A DNA stretch of 64,000 nt, taken from NCBI GenBank assembly GCA_963778555.1, contig CAVZUR010000003.1:21067-85066 (forward strand), in the 5' to 3' direction. A program made the position numbers and the translations under genes. Position 1 is the first letter of the stretch; every line of letters begins with the position of its first letter. The DNA comes from Candidatus Moraniibacteriota bacterium. GTDB lineage: Bacteria > Patescibacteriota > Minisyncoccia > Moranbacterales > UBA1568. Of this stretch, positions 1-11,055 are shown piece by piece. The notes below the pieces were generated by a model. That model ran no database searches, was not told where the DNA came from, and was given only the letters and a program-made list of their open reading frames with translations.

Positions 1-508
1 GTTCCATCACCTCCACCTCAGTATCATGAATCGGCCGGGTTTCATCTTTCATCGCCCCTCGCCGCAGCGTCCCGTGGCCCACCAGCGTCGCGAAATTCAC
101 CGCCGGTCGGCGTTTTTCCACCGCGGAAAGAAATTCCGCCATGGTCAGCCAGTTAAAATTGATTTTACTCACATCGGTCCACTTCTGGATGGAACGAATG
201 ATATCCGGCCGGGCCAGCGGGGCCAGCGACGAGCCAGAATTTCCGCCGACGATCGTCGTCACACCCTGATAAAGAAGGCTCTCGAGTTCCGGGTGACCGA
301 GCAGTTCCCAATACGTATCGGAGTGGTTGTTGACATCAATGAAACCAGGCGCAACATAGTGACCCGTCGCGTCGATGACACGTTCCGCAGCGCCGCTAAC
401 GGTACCGAGCGCGACGATACAATCCTCTTGGATCGCTACGTCGCCCCGAAACATCGGCTCGCCCGAACCGTCAATCAAAGTCCCATTCTTGATGAGGACA
501 TCATACAT
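1..508 (-). CDS. Amidohydrolase-family protein (N-acyl-D-amino-acid deacylase-like), partial: runs off the window start. N-terminus MYDVLIKNGTLIDGSGEPMFRGDVAIQEDCIVALG...HYVAPGFIDVNNHSD
   Basis: Manual translation of the minus strand. The ORF runs off the window edge, which is probably why it is absent from the supplied ORF track. The PGFIDVxxH metal-binding signature of amidohydrolases sits near the N-terminus. The ATG is 13 nt downstream of the gap stop. Confidence 0.5.
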   Translation of the reverse strand, partial: MYDVLIKNGTLIDGSGEPMFRGDVAIQEDCIVALGTVSGAAERVIDATGHYVAPGFIDVNNHSDTYWELLGHPELESLLYQGVTTIVGGNSGSSLAPLARPDIIRSIQKWTDVSKINFNWLTMAEFLSAVEKRRPAVNFATLVGHGTLRRGAMKDETRPIHDTEVEVME

Positions 509-514
509 ATCGTC

Positions 515-1526
<1,012 letters not shown>

Positions 1527-1542
1527 ATGTGAAGTGTGTTTA

Positions 1543-2403
1543 TTAGGCTTTCCCCGTCGATCCGAACAGATCCATCTTCGCTTTTACCGCCGAACAGAAA
1601 CTTTCCCTCGCCGGCATGAGGATCTTGCGGATGTCAATCGCTTCATTGGTCGGAAGCGTTTCGCGGAGCGTATTGATAAACGCCGTCTTGGTCGCGGTCT
1701 CGACATTGAAACAGGCGACGCCAAGACTGATGGCGTTCAGCACCTGTTGCCCCTCCCAATCCGAAGCGCCATGGAGAACAATCGGAATCTTGATGCGTTC
1801 CCGGATCGCAGCCAGCCGAGCGAAATCCGGCTCCGGGCGCTCAGGAAACGATCCATGTGCATTGCCGATGCCGACCGCCAACGTATCAATACCTGTGGTC
1901 CGGACATAGGCGTCGGCCTGGGCCGGGTTCGTCATGAATTTGTCCCAATCGATATGCTCCATATCGGATACTTCGCCCTTGTACGGCACATTGCCAAGTT
2001 CGCCCTGGACGGTCGCGCCCTTGGTATGCGCCTCGCGGACGATGGCCGCAGTGGTCGCTTGGTTCTCTTCATAGGGCAAGGTCGAAGCGTCCATCATGAC
2101 GGACTTGAAGCCGATGGCCAGTGCCTCGCGGACTACCGCTGCGTTCCGGCCATGGTCGAGATGGATGGCAAGCGGAATATCGGGGAAATAGAAATCGGCG
2201 ATATTCTTCACCAGTTGATACATGGCATGCCCTCCGCCGTATTGAAACGTTTTTTCCGTCATCTGAACGATAACGGGCGAGTGCTTTTCTGCGGCTGCTT
2301 CCATGATCGCCCACGTTGTCTCGAGATTGACCGTGTTGAACGCGCCCACGGCATAGCCATTCTCTTGCGCTTCAGTCAGGATTTTCTTGGCGGAGATAAG
2401 CAT
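1543..2403 (-). CDS. fba: Class II fructose-bisphosphate aldolase
   Basis: 286-aa ORF with conserved class II FBA motifs (HLDHG, GELG, LHGASD). Confidence 0.9.
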   Translation of the reverse strand: MLISAKKILTEAQENGYAVGAFNTVNLETTWAIMEAAAEKHSPVIVQMTEKTFQYGGGHAMYQLVKNIADFYFPDIPLAIHLDHGRNAAVVREALAIGFKSVMMDASTLPYEENQATTAAIVREAHTKGATVQGELGNVPYKGEVSDMEHIDWDKFMTNPAQADAYVRTTGIDTLAVGIGNAHGSFPERPEPDFARLAAIRERIKIPIVLHGASDWEGQQVLNAISLGVACFNVETATKTAFINTLRETLPTNEAIDIRKILMPARESFCSAVKAKMDLFGSTGKA

Positions 2404-2413
2404 CGCAATATGT

Positions 2414-3190
2414 TTAAGAGTGAGAGAAATGTACTTCCGCTTCGAGCATCATCTTCACGAGTTCGCGCGGGTACAGACTTTCTCCGCCGACCAGGACACC
2501 AGACATCTCTGCTTCCCAGGAAACCGCTGCGAGGTAAGCCGCCTTCACGGACCCGCCATAAATGACCGCGATACGTTCCGCCAACGCCTTGTCATACAAC
2601 TCAGCGAGAAGTTTGCGGAGATAGACTTTAATCTGGAGAATCTCTCCGGTCGTCGGCAACACGCCGCTCCCGATCGCCCAACGCGGTTCATACGCGATGA
2701 TAACGCGCTCGGCGAGTAACGGAGAAAGGTCAGCAAAGACGATCCTGACCGTTCGCTCGATGACGGACATCGTTTCATCATGCTTCCGTTCTTCTGCAGT
2801 CTCGCCCAAGCAAACGATCGGTACGATTCCTTCCTTTAGCGCAAGCTTCGCCTTTTGTGCCACGCTCTCGTCGGTCTCACCCGCGTATGCGCGACGCTCG
2901 CTGTGGCCGAGGATGACATGACTCGCACCGGCATCGCGAAGCATCAGGGGTGAAATTTCCCCGGTAAAAGCACCCTTCGTCTCGCTAGCCATCGTTTGTG
3001 CTGCCAAAGTGAAACCGGCCGGCAGATGGCTGAAGGAATAAAGATAGATAGATGGCGGCGCAATAATACCCCGGGTATGCAGGAATGACTTACCGGTCGA
3101 TTCGCGACGCAGCTGTGATAAATACTCATTCACCTCCTCGCGCGAAAGAAGGTTCATCTTCAGGTTGCCGATAATCGAGAACGGCGGCAT
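2414..3190 (-). CDS. tpiA: Triosephosphate isomerase
   Basis: 258-aa ORF with GNLKMN, ILGHSERR and IAYEPRWAIGSG motifs. Confidence 0.9.
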   Translation of the reverse strand: MPPFSIIGNLKMNLLSREEVNEYLSQLRRESTGKSFLHTRGIIAPPSIYLYSFSHLPAGFTLAAQTMASETKGAFTGEISPLMLRDAGASHVILGHSERRAYAGETDESVAQKAKLALKEGIVPIVCLGETAEERKHDETMSVIERTVRIVFADLSPLLAERVIIAYEPRWAIGSGVLPTTGEILQIKVYLRKLLAELYDKALAERIAVIYGGSVKAAYLAAVSWEAEMSGVLVGGESLYPRELVKMMLEAEVHFSHS

Positions 3191-3193
3191 AGA

Positions 3194-4216
3194 TCAGACG
3201 TTCTCCAATTGCTCCCGCAGGAACGCGGCTGCTTTTTCCGGCTCGATGGACGAAATCTCGATACCGGTCGAGAGTTCGAAACCTGCCCAAGTACCGGTAT
3301 GCGGCGCAATCTCGATATGCCACTGGAAACGTGGGTAATCCTTGCCATCGCACGGCGCGGTGTAGAGGTAGAAATTGTACGCCGGATCGTCCAATCCGCG
3401 ATGGAGAGACTGGAGTGCTTTTTGGAGCGCATCACCAGCAGCAAACTTCTCCTCGTCCGTGATGCGCTCGAAATAAGGATTGGCTCGCTTGCCGACGACC
3501 CAGAGCTCGAATGCTACGCGTGATGCGTACGGCGCGAACACGACGAAATCATCGTTCTCATAAACGAGACGCTTCTTCTTTTCGCGCTCATAGTCAACCA
3601 TCACGCTGTAGACGCGCTGCCGATGGCTCTTGTAGAAACGCTCTGCTCCGGAAAGGATGGATTCGACATACGGCGCGACCACCGGAATCGCCATGAGCTG
3701 AGAATGCGGGTGCGGCACAGACGCGCCGGCTTCCTTGCCGTGATTATGGAAAATCTGGATATAGCTCACGCTCGCTTTATTCATGAGCGCGAGATAACGA
3801 TCCTGATACGCGTCAAGAATCTCAGCAACTTGCCAGGTTTCCATCACTGCGATGGACCGGTTTGCGTCGCGCGTCACGATAACTTCATGGTATCCAACGC
3901 CGGCCATGCCGAAATACGGGCCGTCACTTTGCGATTTGGCACGCCCGGCGCGCGAAACCGCAGGATACTTATTTGGGAAGACGCGTAAGCTCCAATCGCC
4001 ATCCGGACGCAGATACACGAGCACGTCATCCTCTTGACCACTCTCTTTTGGATCTTCGAAGATATCCGGGCCGGCCTTCCCCTCCAGCCGCGGTTGGCCC
4101 GCGAATTCATCCGGCCGCTTGCCTCGAGCCGTAGCAACAATAACCCAATCCCCGGTCACGAGATCCTGCCGGAGTTCCGAGGTGGATTGCTGCTTACTGG
4201 TTTGCTCCTCAGCCAT
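3194..4216 (-). CDS. galT: Galactose-1-phosphate uridylyltransferase (HIT superfamily)
   Basis: 340-aa ORF with the HPHSQ histidine-triad-like active site and two-domain GalT length. Confidence 0.8.
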   Translation of the reverse strand: MAEEQTSKQQSTSELRQDLVTGDWVIVATARGKRPDEFAGQPRLEGKAGPDIFEDPKESGQEDDVLVYLRPDGDWSLRVFPNKYPAVSRAGRAKSQSDGPYFGMAGVGYHEVIVTRDANRSIAVMETWQVAEILDAYQDRYLALMNKASVSYIQIFHNHGKEAGASVPHPHSQLMAIPVVAPYVESILSGAERFYKSHRQRVYSVMVDYEREKKKRLVYENDDFVVFAPYASRVAFELWVVGKRANPYFERITDEEKFAAGDALQKALQSLHRGLDDPAYNFYLYTAPCDGKDYPRFQWHIEIAPHTGTWAGFELSTGIEISSIEPEKAAAFLREQLENV

Positions 4217-4246
4217 GAGTGTGTGTTTGTTTCGAGCGTGACTAGC

Positions 4247-5008
4247 CTATACTTCCCGGCGATACTCAGCAATCTTGTACTGGCCTGTCATGAGGCGCCA
4301 TTTCGTCTTGAAGAGATCGATTAGCACCTGGATAAAGCCGTTCGGTCCGGTCAGGCTCACCGTTGATCCCTCCTCATTCATCCAACGCACTGGAATCTGC
4401 TTCACCTTGAAGCCCAGTGCCTCAGCGAGGATGATCAATTCAAAATCGAAGCCGAAACGGTCCACGACCATGCGGCTCGCAATCGCATCCGCCGCTTTGC
4501 CGGAGAGTGCCTTGAAACCACACTGCGTATCCGGATAGCTCCAGAGTCCAAGCACGATGCGGATGAGCCAATTGCCGCCCTCGCCCATGATTTCGCGGCG
4601 CCGAGGCTGGTGGACCTGGATGAACGCGCCGTCGATCTTACGAGAACCGATGACAACATCATATCCTTCTTTAAAATGCGGAAGGCAGGCATCGAGATGC
4701 GTAATCGATGTCGAACCGTCGGCATCGAGGAAGGCGCGGTACTCGCCTTTGCCTTCGAGAAGGGCCTGACGAACGACAGCGCCCTTGCCGTGATTTTCAG
4801 CATTGTTGATAACGCGGAGATGCGGAATCGTGAGTGCGTAATTGCCGGCAATCTCGGCCGTATTATCCGGTGATCCGTCGACCAAGACGATGATCTCGTA
4901 AGTGAACGATTTGCTCTTCAGATAACGGTCAATCTCGAGCAGGTTGTGCCCAATCCGCTCCCCTTCTTTATATGCAGGAATCAAGACCGACAGATACGGG
5001 GTCTCCAT
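4247..5008 (-). CDS. Family 2 glycosyltransferase (dolichyl-phosphate mannose synthase-like)
   Basis: 253-aa ORF; LSVLIPAYKE start, DGSxD and DADG motifs typical of GT2. Confidence 0.8.
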   Translation of the reverse strand: METPYLSVLIPAYKEGERIGHNLLEIDRYLKSKSFTYEIIVLVDGSPDNTAEIAGNYALTIPHLRVINNAENHGKGAVVRQALLEGKGEYRAFLDADGSTSITHLDACLPHFKEGYDVVIGSRKIDGAFIQVHQPRRREIMGEGGNWLIRIVLGLWSYPDTQCGFKALSGKAADAIASRMVVDRFGFDFELIILAEALGFKVKQIPVRWMNEEGSTVSLTGPNGFIQVLIDLFKTKWRLMTGQYKIAEYRREV

Positions 5009-5396
5009 AAAGCAACACTAAAGCTTACTGTTCCATTGTAACATATGAGCGTGCTATTCGAAGTGAGCTTTTTTGGTCGGGGCGCCGGGAATCCCCGCCT
5101 GCCGGACGGGCAGAGAACCCGGCCTACTCCGTGGTTTTCTCTCCCGAAAAACAGAGACGTTATTCGGGAAAACCCGTAAAAAGTGAAGCGGTTCACTTTT
5201 TACCCCCATGCATTTGTTTCTTTGTCGGAGCGCCGAGAATCGGTCACGCGTATATTTTCTGACGAAAATATCGCTCGACCCCGGCTCGGTATGTTCGCCT
5301 TTCACCGAAACGGCTCAAACTCACATAGACCTCCGCCTTTCGATTCCGGACGAAAGCCAAACTCTTGGCTTTCTCACCATCTTTCACTTCGCTCAG

Positions 5397-5468
5397 TCGG
5401 GCTGCCGGGAATCGAACCCGGCCTACGTGCACCCCATGCACGCGTACTGCCGATATACTACAGCCCGA
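5397..5468 (-). tRNA. tRNA-Pro (anticodon GGG)
   Basis: Reverse complement folds as a 72-nt cloverleaf: acceptor TCGGGCT/AGCCCGA, anticodon stem CGTGC/GCACG with loop ATGGGGT, T-arm GGGTTCGATTCCC. No encoded CCA. Confidence 0.8.
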
Positions 5469-5575
5469 ATATGTTCGCCTGAAACAGACCTGAAGCAGAG
5501 TGAGGATATCAAAATGCGGACAAAATGAAAAGGCGCGTCCTTGTGGGAAGCGCCTTCACTGGTGCCGCATTGCGG

Positions 5576-5779
5576 CTAGTTTGGCTTGGCCTGATCGGCC
5601 GGACTCTTACGCGGCCATTGTGCCGACGGGCGAGTCAGTAGATTGACATTGGTCACGGCCAGATCATCGAGGCCGATGCGTTCATTCACAAGCCGCAAAT
5701 TGGCGGCGAGTGTTTCTTGCGTGAGACACTGTGGCGATAGGCCGCCAAGCTCACCTCCTTCATTGGTCGTCGTCATAAC
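5576..5779 (-). CDS. Small hypothetical protein (~67 aa, MTTTNEGGELGGLSPQC...)
   Basis: Internal ATG of ORF 5576..5926 preceded by a strong RBS (AAGGAGAAGTGTT ATG). No recognisable domain. Confidence 0.3.
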   Translation of the reverse strand, partial: VMTTTNEGGELGGLSPQCLTQETLAANLRLVNERIGLDDLAVTNVNLLTRPSAQWPRKSPADQAKPN

Positions 5780-5829
5780 ACTTCTCCTTGAGTCAATGGG
5801 AGCAGGCCAGTTGGCCGGAAGGAACACAA

Positions 5830-6174
5830 CTAGAGATGGGAACCGTTGGCAATCCGGATTTGAGCAGGCGAAATGGGTCCGCCGGCTCGGGTGAAAGTTT
5901 CCCGGATATCCTTGGGAGGATGGCACTCATGGAGTGTCTCCACCGCCTTGCAACAAGCCTCGCCGCGAAATGACAGCTTACAGCCGGCCCTGTACCCCGG
6001 CTTCTGGGTATGTGGGCAAATCGTCGCCACGCGCTGCGAGCTTGTGGCTCGCGCCTGGCGCTTGGTTTGGCCAGTTGGCACTGTCACTTCGACTGCCGGA
6101 GCAGACTGAGTGGCAAGACCGCGGTCACTGCCAAGCACCTGGCCGGCGCCATAAAGCGAAAGCATATCTTTCAT
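5830..6174 (-). CDS. Hypothetical Cys/His-rich small protein (114 aa)
   Basis: ORF with RBS AAGAGGAG 7 nt upstream of ATG. C-x(10)-C...CC...HECH cluster suggests metal binding. No family recognised. Confidence 0.35.
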   Translation of the reverse strand: MKDMLSLYGAGQVLGSDRGLATQSAPAVEVTVPTGQTKRQARATSSQRVATICPHTQKPGYRAGCKLSFRGEACCKAVETLHECHPPKDIRETFTRAGGPISPAQIRIANGSHL

Positions 6175-6443
6175 CTTTCAAACTCCTCTTTTCAATTGTT
6201 AACGGACGGGGGAAAAACGATTAGGCCGGGCAGCGCTGAAAAAAACGAAGCCCGAACACGGCCGGGTTGGTGTTTTTGAATTGTTTTTTTGTTTTTACAA
6301 ACCGAGCCCGGCCGAAGTGTTTGAGTACCCGATTCCATACCTCCTCCACTTTGGACGACTCCTGTTCGTTTCCAGTATGATACAACACTTGACACATAAT
6401 GTCAAGTGTTGTTTAGTAGAGGCTATTTTGAGCCAAAAATGGC

Positions 6444-7049
6444 TTACTCGAGGATACCGTCGAGATTCACATCGTAGAGGATCTGCTCCTGCACGAGACG
6501 GTATTTCAGGATGTCCGACTCCTGGAACCAGATCGGGATTTCACGTGCCGCTTCCTCAGGACTGTCCGAGCAGTGTACCAGGTTCCGGACCGCGCGATTG
6601 TCGATGGACGACAGCGCGTATGAGTCCACGGTTAGATCGCCGCGGATGGTACCGACATCGGACGTCGTCGGTTCGGTTCCACCGACGAGTTTCTTGACGA
6701 TCGCGACCGACTGATTGCCCTCGACGATGAAGGCGAGCACGGGACCGGAGGTGAAGAAATCGACGTTCGCTTGGATGATGTCCTTGCCGTATTCCAGCGC
6801 TTCTTTCTCGATCGGGAGATTCTGCGCTTGGCGATCATCAACGACGCGAGCCCCTTTCTTGAGAAACCAGGCCTCGTCCTTGTTATAGTGCTTCCAGCAC
6901 TGCTCCGCCTTTGGGACGATGAGTCGCATCGCCACGAACTTGAGGCCGGTACTCTCGATGCGACTGATGATGGTCCCCATGAGGGAGCGCTGGATGGCGT
7001 CCGGTTTCAGGATAACGAGCGAAAGCTCTTTCTTGGGATGCGCGGCCAT
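6444..7049 (-). CDS. ndk: Nucleoside diphosphate kinase
   Basis: ERSLVILKPD-like start and NxxHGSD-type core (NLVHCSDS). Start chosen at MAAHPKK inside the longer ORF. Confidence 0.9.
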   Translation of the reverse strand: MAAHPKKELSLVILKPDAIQRSLMGTIISRIESTGLKFVAMRLIVPKAEQCWKHYNKDEAWFLKKGARVVDDRQAQNLPIEKEALEYGKDIIQANVDFFTSGPVLAFIVEGNQSVAIVKKLVGGTEPTTSDVGTIRGDLTVDSYALSSIDNRAVRNLVHCSDSPEEAAREIPIWFQESDILKYRLVQEQILYDVNLDGILE

Positions 7050-7122
7050 AAACACGTCGATTAGGAAAAACAATTACGCTGGGACTGTAACACAAAACCG
7101 GTCTGACTGCAAGAGGAAAGGA

Positions 7123-9442
7123 TTATGTTTCCCGTTGGCAGAAGTTTTCCCGACAATGATAGACAATGTCGCCATCCGTATCCGTCCGAAAGACGGCCGC
7201 TCCATGTGCCCGGAGACGCTCCAGGACCGCCGGATGCGGGTGGCCATAGCGATTCTCACCGACTGAGATAATCGCCTCTTTCGGTTGGATCAAATCAAGC
7301 AGCGCACTGCTGGTAGAATACTGCGAGCCGTGATGAGCCGCTTTCAGGACATCAATCGGCTCCAAATCCGGGATAAAGCGTTCCTCATCCGGCAAGTCCC
7401 CGGTCAGGAGGAAACTCATCTCGCCGAAATCGAAACGACTCACGACGCTCCCCTCATTCGTCTCAGGGACATCGGGCGGAAGTGGCGCATGCGGGTAGAG
7501 GACCGATAGTTTCCCTCCGCGCGGCAGCATGATCGTCGTACCGCGCAAGGCCGGGACGGTCCGCGCACCCTCGCGTTCCAGATCACGGTAAAAGAGAAAC
7601 GCCGACTTTGTATCCGTCCGTGCTCCAGTGTCGAGCACAGTCTTCACTCGATAGCGTTCCAAGAGAGCCGAAAGTCCGCCGATATGGTCGGCGTCAGGAT
7701 GCGTTGGGATGAGAGTCTCGATGGTCCGATCATAAAACGGAATATAGTGTCCGAGCCGCGAGAGGAGCAATCGTCCGTCCCGGCCGCCATCGATCACAAT
7801 CTGATTCATCCCCTGACTGATGAGGATGGCATCGCCTTGGCCCACCGAGAGAAAGACCACGCGCGTCTCGCTGGCGCTCTGCCGGATGCCGTACAGCCAC
7901 AGGCCGAAAACGAGCGCGAGCACCGCCATGAGACTCGTCACGACTGTTTTAGTGATCCATCCCCAGTACATAGCGTTTCCGTCGTCGTTCAAGCTGAGAG
8001 ACAGCCAGCCCCAAACCGACATACCAGAGTACGGCAAACAAGGGTTCGCTGTCGAGTCCGGACACGCTCGCCCACGGGAGCCGTGCTGCGCTCTCGGTCA
8101 GCCGGATGATGACGGCCAGCGGCAGCCAGAGGAACGGCAAGACGAGAAAGCCGAGGCCGGGAACGGCCAGCGTAACGAGGATAGCCGCGATACCGATGAA
8201 CATCGCCACCGGAACGAGCGGCAGCACGATGACGTTCGCGACTGGTGCCACGAGCGACAGTGTGCCAAAGGCTGAGACGATGACGGGCAGTGTAAAGAGT
8301 TCGATGATCACGGTCGTGAGAAAGAGGGCCGCGATTTTCCCGTACCACGGTCGGAAAATACCGAATGTCTCGAATGAACGCGCGAAGATGAGTAAGGCCA
8401 AAGTCGCCAGAAAGGACAGTTGGAACCCGACATCAAAGCGGATGAGGAGCGGATTGAAGGCAAGCATGATGGCAGCGGCGATGAGAAGCCCGTTCCAGGA
8501 CGCTGCCGGTCGGCCGACAAAGTACGCGCCAAAAGCCAGCCAGGCCATGAGGGCGGCGCGCAAAGACGCTGCCGAACCGTCGATAACGAGGAGGAACCCC
8601 GCCAGGCCGATGACAGCCAGTCCCACGGCCCATTTCCGCCACAGTCCCAGGATGAGCGAAAGGATGACCAGCCCTTCGGCGACGACGCTCATGTTGTACC
8701 CCGACACTGCGACGATATGCGACAGCCCGGCCCGGGCAAACGCCGCTTTCGTCTCCGGCGCCAGCGTATCGCTTCCGCCGATGAGCAGTCCCGTGAGGAG
8801 TCCCGACTCCGGTTCGGGCAACAGTGCATTCACTCGGTCCCGGAATCCGGATTGGATCCCAAAAAGTGTTTTTCTCAGACTGAAGCCATTGTCCGGCAAG
8901 CTTTCAATCCGACCTCCCCGGTCGCACGCGTAGCCCGTACCACGGCTCGCGAGGAGCATGCGGTAATCGAAGCCGGGCTCGAAGTTCTTTGGCCTCGATA
9001 GCTGGCAGGTAAAATCGAGCCACTCACCCGGCGTGCCGAGAAAATCAATCGGCGCACGATACAGAATATCCCCGCCCGGCCAGTCCGTATCAATCGGTCG
9101 CAGCGTCACCGGCCGATAGAAGACCTTTACCGCGCCACGTTCGATAACCTCAACTGGACCGGCGAATTCGACGGTCTCGGGCAGTGTCTGCCAGTGCTCG
9201 TCTGCCTGCACATACAAAAGCAGCCCGCCCCACAAAGCGAGAAGACTGACGGATCCCAATAGAATGTTCTGACGATCCGGAAAGAGACTGAAACCGATGA
9301 GCGCGGCCACCATGAGCAAGAGTCCGGCTACCACCGCCTCCGCCCCAAGCCAGGCCGACAGCGCCATGCCGCCCATCATTCCCAGCGCTATCCCACTCAC
9401 CCATCGCGACATATCCCGTCCGCGTCCCCTCCGTCCGCTCAC
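7123..9442 (-). CDS. comEC: DNA internalization competence protein ComEC/Rec2. Two parts (N-terminal DUF4131 plus competence TM domain, 497 aa; C-terminal metallo-beta-lactamase domain, 304 aa) overlap by 89 nt: an apparent frameshift near 7950-8037.
   Basis: N-terminal part has multiple TM helices and an OB-fold region. C-terminal part has the HxHxDH motif (THPDADHIGG) of MBL-fold ComEC. Confidence 0.8.
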
Positions 9443-9456
9443 TACGAATCAAAATA

Positions 9457-9909
9457 TCACTGATCGAATTTCTCCAGAGCACGGCGGAAGCCACGCGCGC
9501 TGCCGAAGGACTGGTACACGCTCGCGAAGCGGATATACGCCACTTCGTCTACGTCCTTCAGTTTATCGAGAACAATCGTTCCGATATCGCGGCTCGCGAT
9601 CTGATTCTTCTTCGCCCGCTCGGCGATAGTGTACTCGATGGCGCCGAGGAGCTTTTCCAATCGGTCTTCGGGCATCGGCCGCTTCTCGAATGCCTTGCGC
9701 AACCCCACCTCGATCTTCTTGCGCTCATAGGGCTGATGCTGGCCGTCTTTCTTGATGACGGACACACGAAAGAGCTCAGCCTGCTCATAGGTCGAAAACC
9801 GCGCCTGACACGACAGACACTCGCGCCTCCGGCGGATGACCCGGCCTTCGAGCGTTTCTCGCGAGTCGGTCACTTTCGATTCGGGATGATTGCAGAATGG
9901 ACAGCGCAT
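9457..9909 (-). CDS. nrdR: Transcriptional repressor NrdR
   Basis: MRCPFCNH...C..C zinc ribbon plus ATP-cone. Start placed at MRCPFC inside the longer ORF. Confidence 0.9.
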   Translation of the reverse strand: MRCPFCNHPESKVTDSRETLEGRVIRRRRECLSCQARFSTYEQAELFRVSVIKKDGQHQPYERKKIEVGLRKAFEKRPMPEDRLEKLLGAIEYTIAERAKKNQIASRDIGTIVLDKLKDVDEVAYIRFASVYQSFGSARGFRRALEKFDQ

Positions 9910-10008
9910 AGGCCAGAAAAATAGCTTGTCCCTCACTCTAGCAAATTGGCCACAAAAGAAAAGGCCACCCTGACATTGCAAGGCGGCACTGGAAAACAGG
10001 CGGGGGGG

Positions 10009-10407
10009 TCAACCGGTGGGACGAGGCGGGTCAACAAACGCTTGCCGAATCACCTCTGGGAGCAGCTCCGCAATGGACGACTTCAGGAAACAGGCCGTAG
10101 CGCCGCGCTGCATGACCGCCGCGACGGCACCCTCATTGAGGTCGGTGCTCATGAGAACGACCGGCAAGTGGCGAAGTGTTGGATCAGCCTTGATGGCTTT
10201 CAGCAATTCGAAGCCATTCAATCTCGGCATGTGGATATCGGAAATGACGAAGTCATACGGCGCGGCCCGGAGCATCTCGAGCGCAGCGAGACCGTCCACA
10301 GCGGTCGCGACCTGGAGAGAGCCGATTTCTACCAGATAGTTTCGGACTGCGTCACGGACCGCTGGGTGGTCATCGACGAGGAGGAATCTCAATTCGGCTG
10401 GATTCAC
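10009..10407 (-). CDS. Single-domain response regulator (CheY-like receiver)
   Basis: LLVDDHP...D...K receiver motifs; 132 aa. Confidence 0.8.
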   Translation of the reverse strand: MNPAELRFLLVDDHPAVRDAVRNYLVEIGSLQVATAVDGLAALEMLRAAPYDFVISDIHMPRLNGFELLKAIKADPTLRHLPVVLMSTDLNEGAVAAVMQRGATACFLKSSIAELLPEVIRQAFVDPPRPTG

Positions 10408-10434
10408 ACGGTTCTCCTTGAAATGGTTGGCGCG

Positions 10435-10863
10435 TCAGCCAGGTTGCTGGATGGCATCGATCTCGTAGACGGTGCAGCCGCCTTCGTCCAGTGCGACACA
10501 GTTCGCTTTCTGGGGTGGCAACTCCCGCGAGAGAGTCTTGAGAGCCGGTATGACCTCGGGACACTCTTCTGCGATGAGGGCGCAGACTTCCACTGTGACC
10601 GCACCTTGGGCGACAGGCTCCTGTCCCGCGTCCCGGTACGGCTGCCAATTGGCATTCGGCATGAGCTTATCGACGAGTCCGCGCCAACGGCTATCGACCT
10701 CGATGCAGACGATGACGAACTCGTCGTTCATCTGACCGCGGATGTGCAAGGAGCGGTACGCCAGATGCTGCAGCCGATCCATGCTCTGCGACACCATTTC
10801 ATGGCGCCGCGCCGCCGCCGGTGACAAATCCATGCCAATCGGTGTTGTTTGAGCACTCATGTT
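10435..10863 (-). CDS. Hypothetical protein (~142 aa), immediately upstream of the response regulator
   Basis: Start MSAQTT preceded by RBS AAAGGAGAGAG. No recognisable domain. Confidence 0.4.
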   Translation of the reverse strand, partial: NMSAQTTPIGMDLSPAAARRHEMVSQSMDRLQHLAYRSLHIRGQMNDEFVIVCIEVDSRWRGLVDKLMPNANWQPYRDAGQEPVAQGAVTVEVCALIAEECPEVIPALKTLSRELPPQKANCVALDEGGCTVYEIDAIQQPG

Positions 10864-11055
10864 GCTCTCTCCTTTGTTAAGGTAAGGTCCGGAATCGGAC
10901 AAGAAAAAATACCATGTTTCCCCCACTTTGTCTACCCACCCAAACAAAAACCCGAGGAGCTGCTCCTCGGGTCAATCAATCAGCGAAAAGAATTTTCTTT
11001 TGTTTTTGTTCGGTTTCCATAGTTACTCAGACTCTAGCAGGAAATAATGAAATAG

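Noticed and set aside
5060-5150. Possible additional tRNA or ncRNA (GGCCGGGTTCTCTG T-arm-like sequence)
   Set aside because: Could not fold into a cloverleaf on either strand: no acceptor-stem complementarity. Left as an unexplained GC-rich intergenic stretch rather than called.
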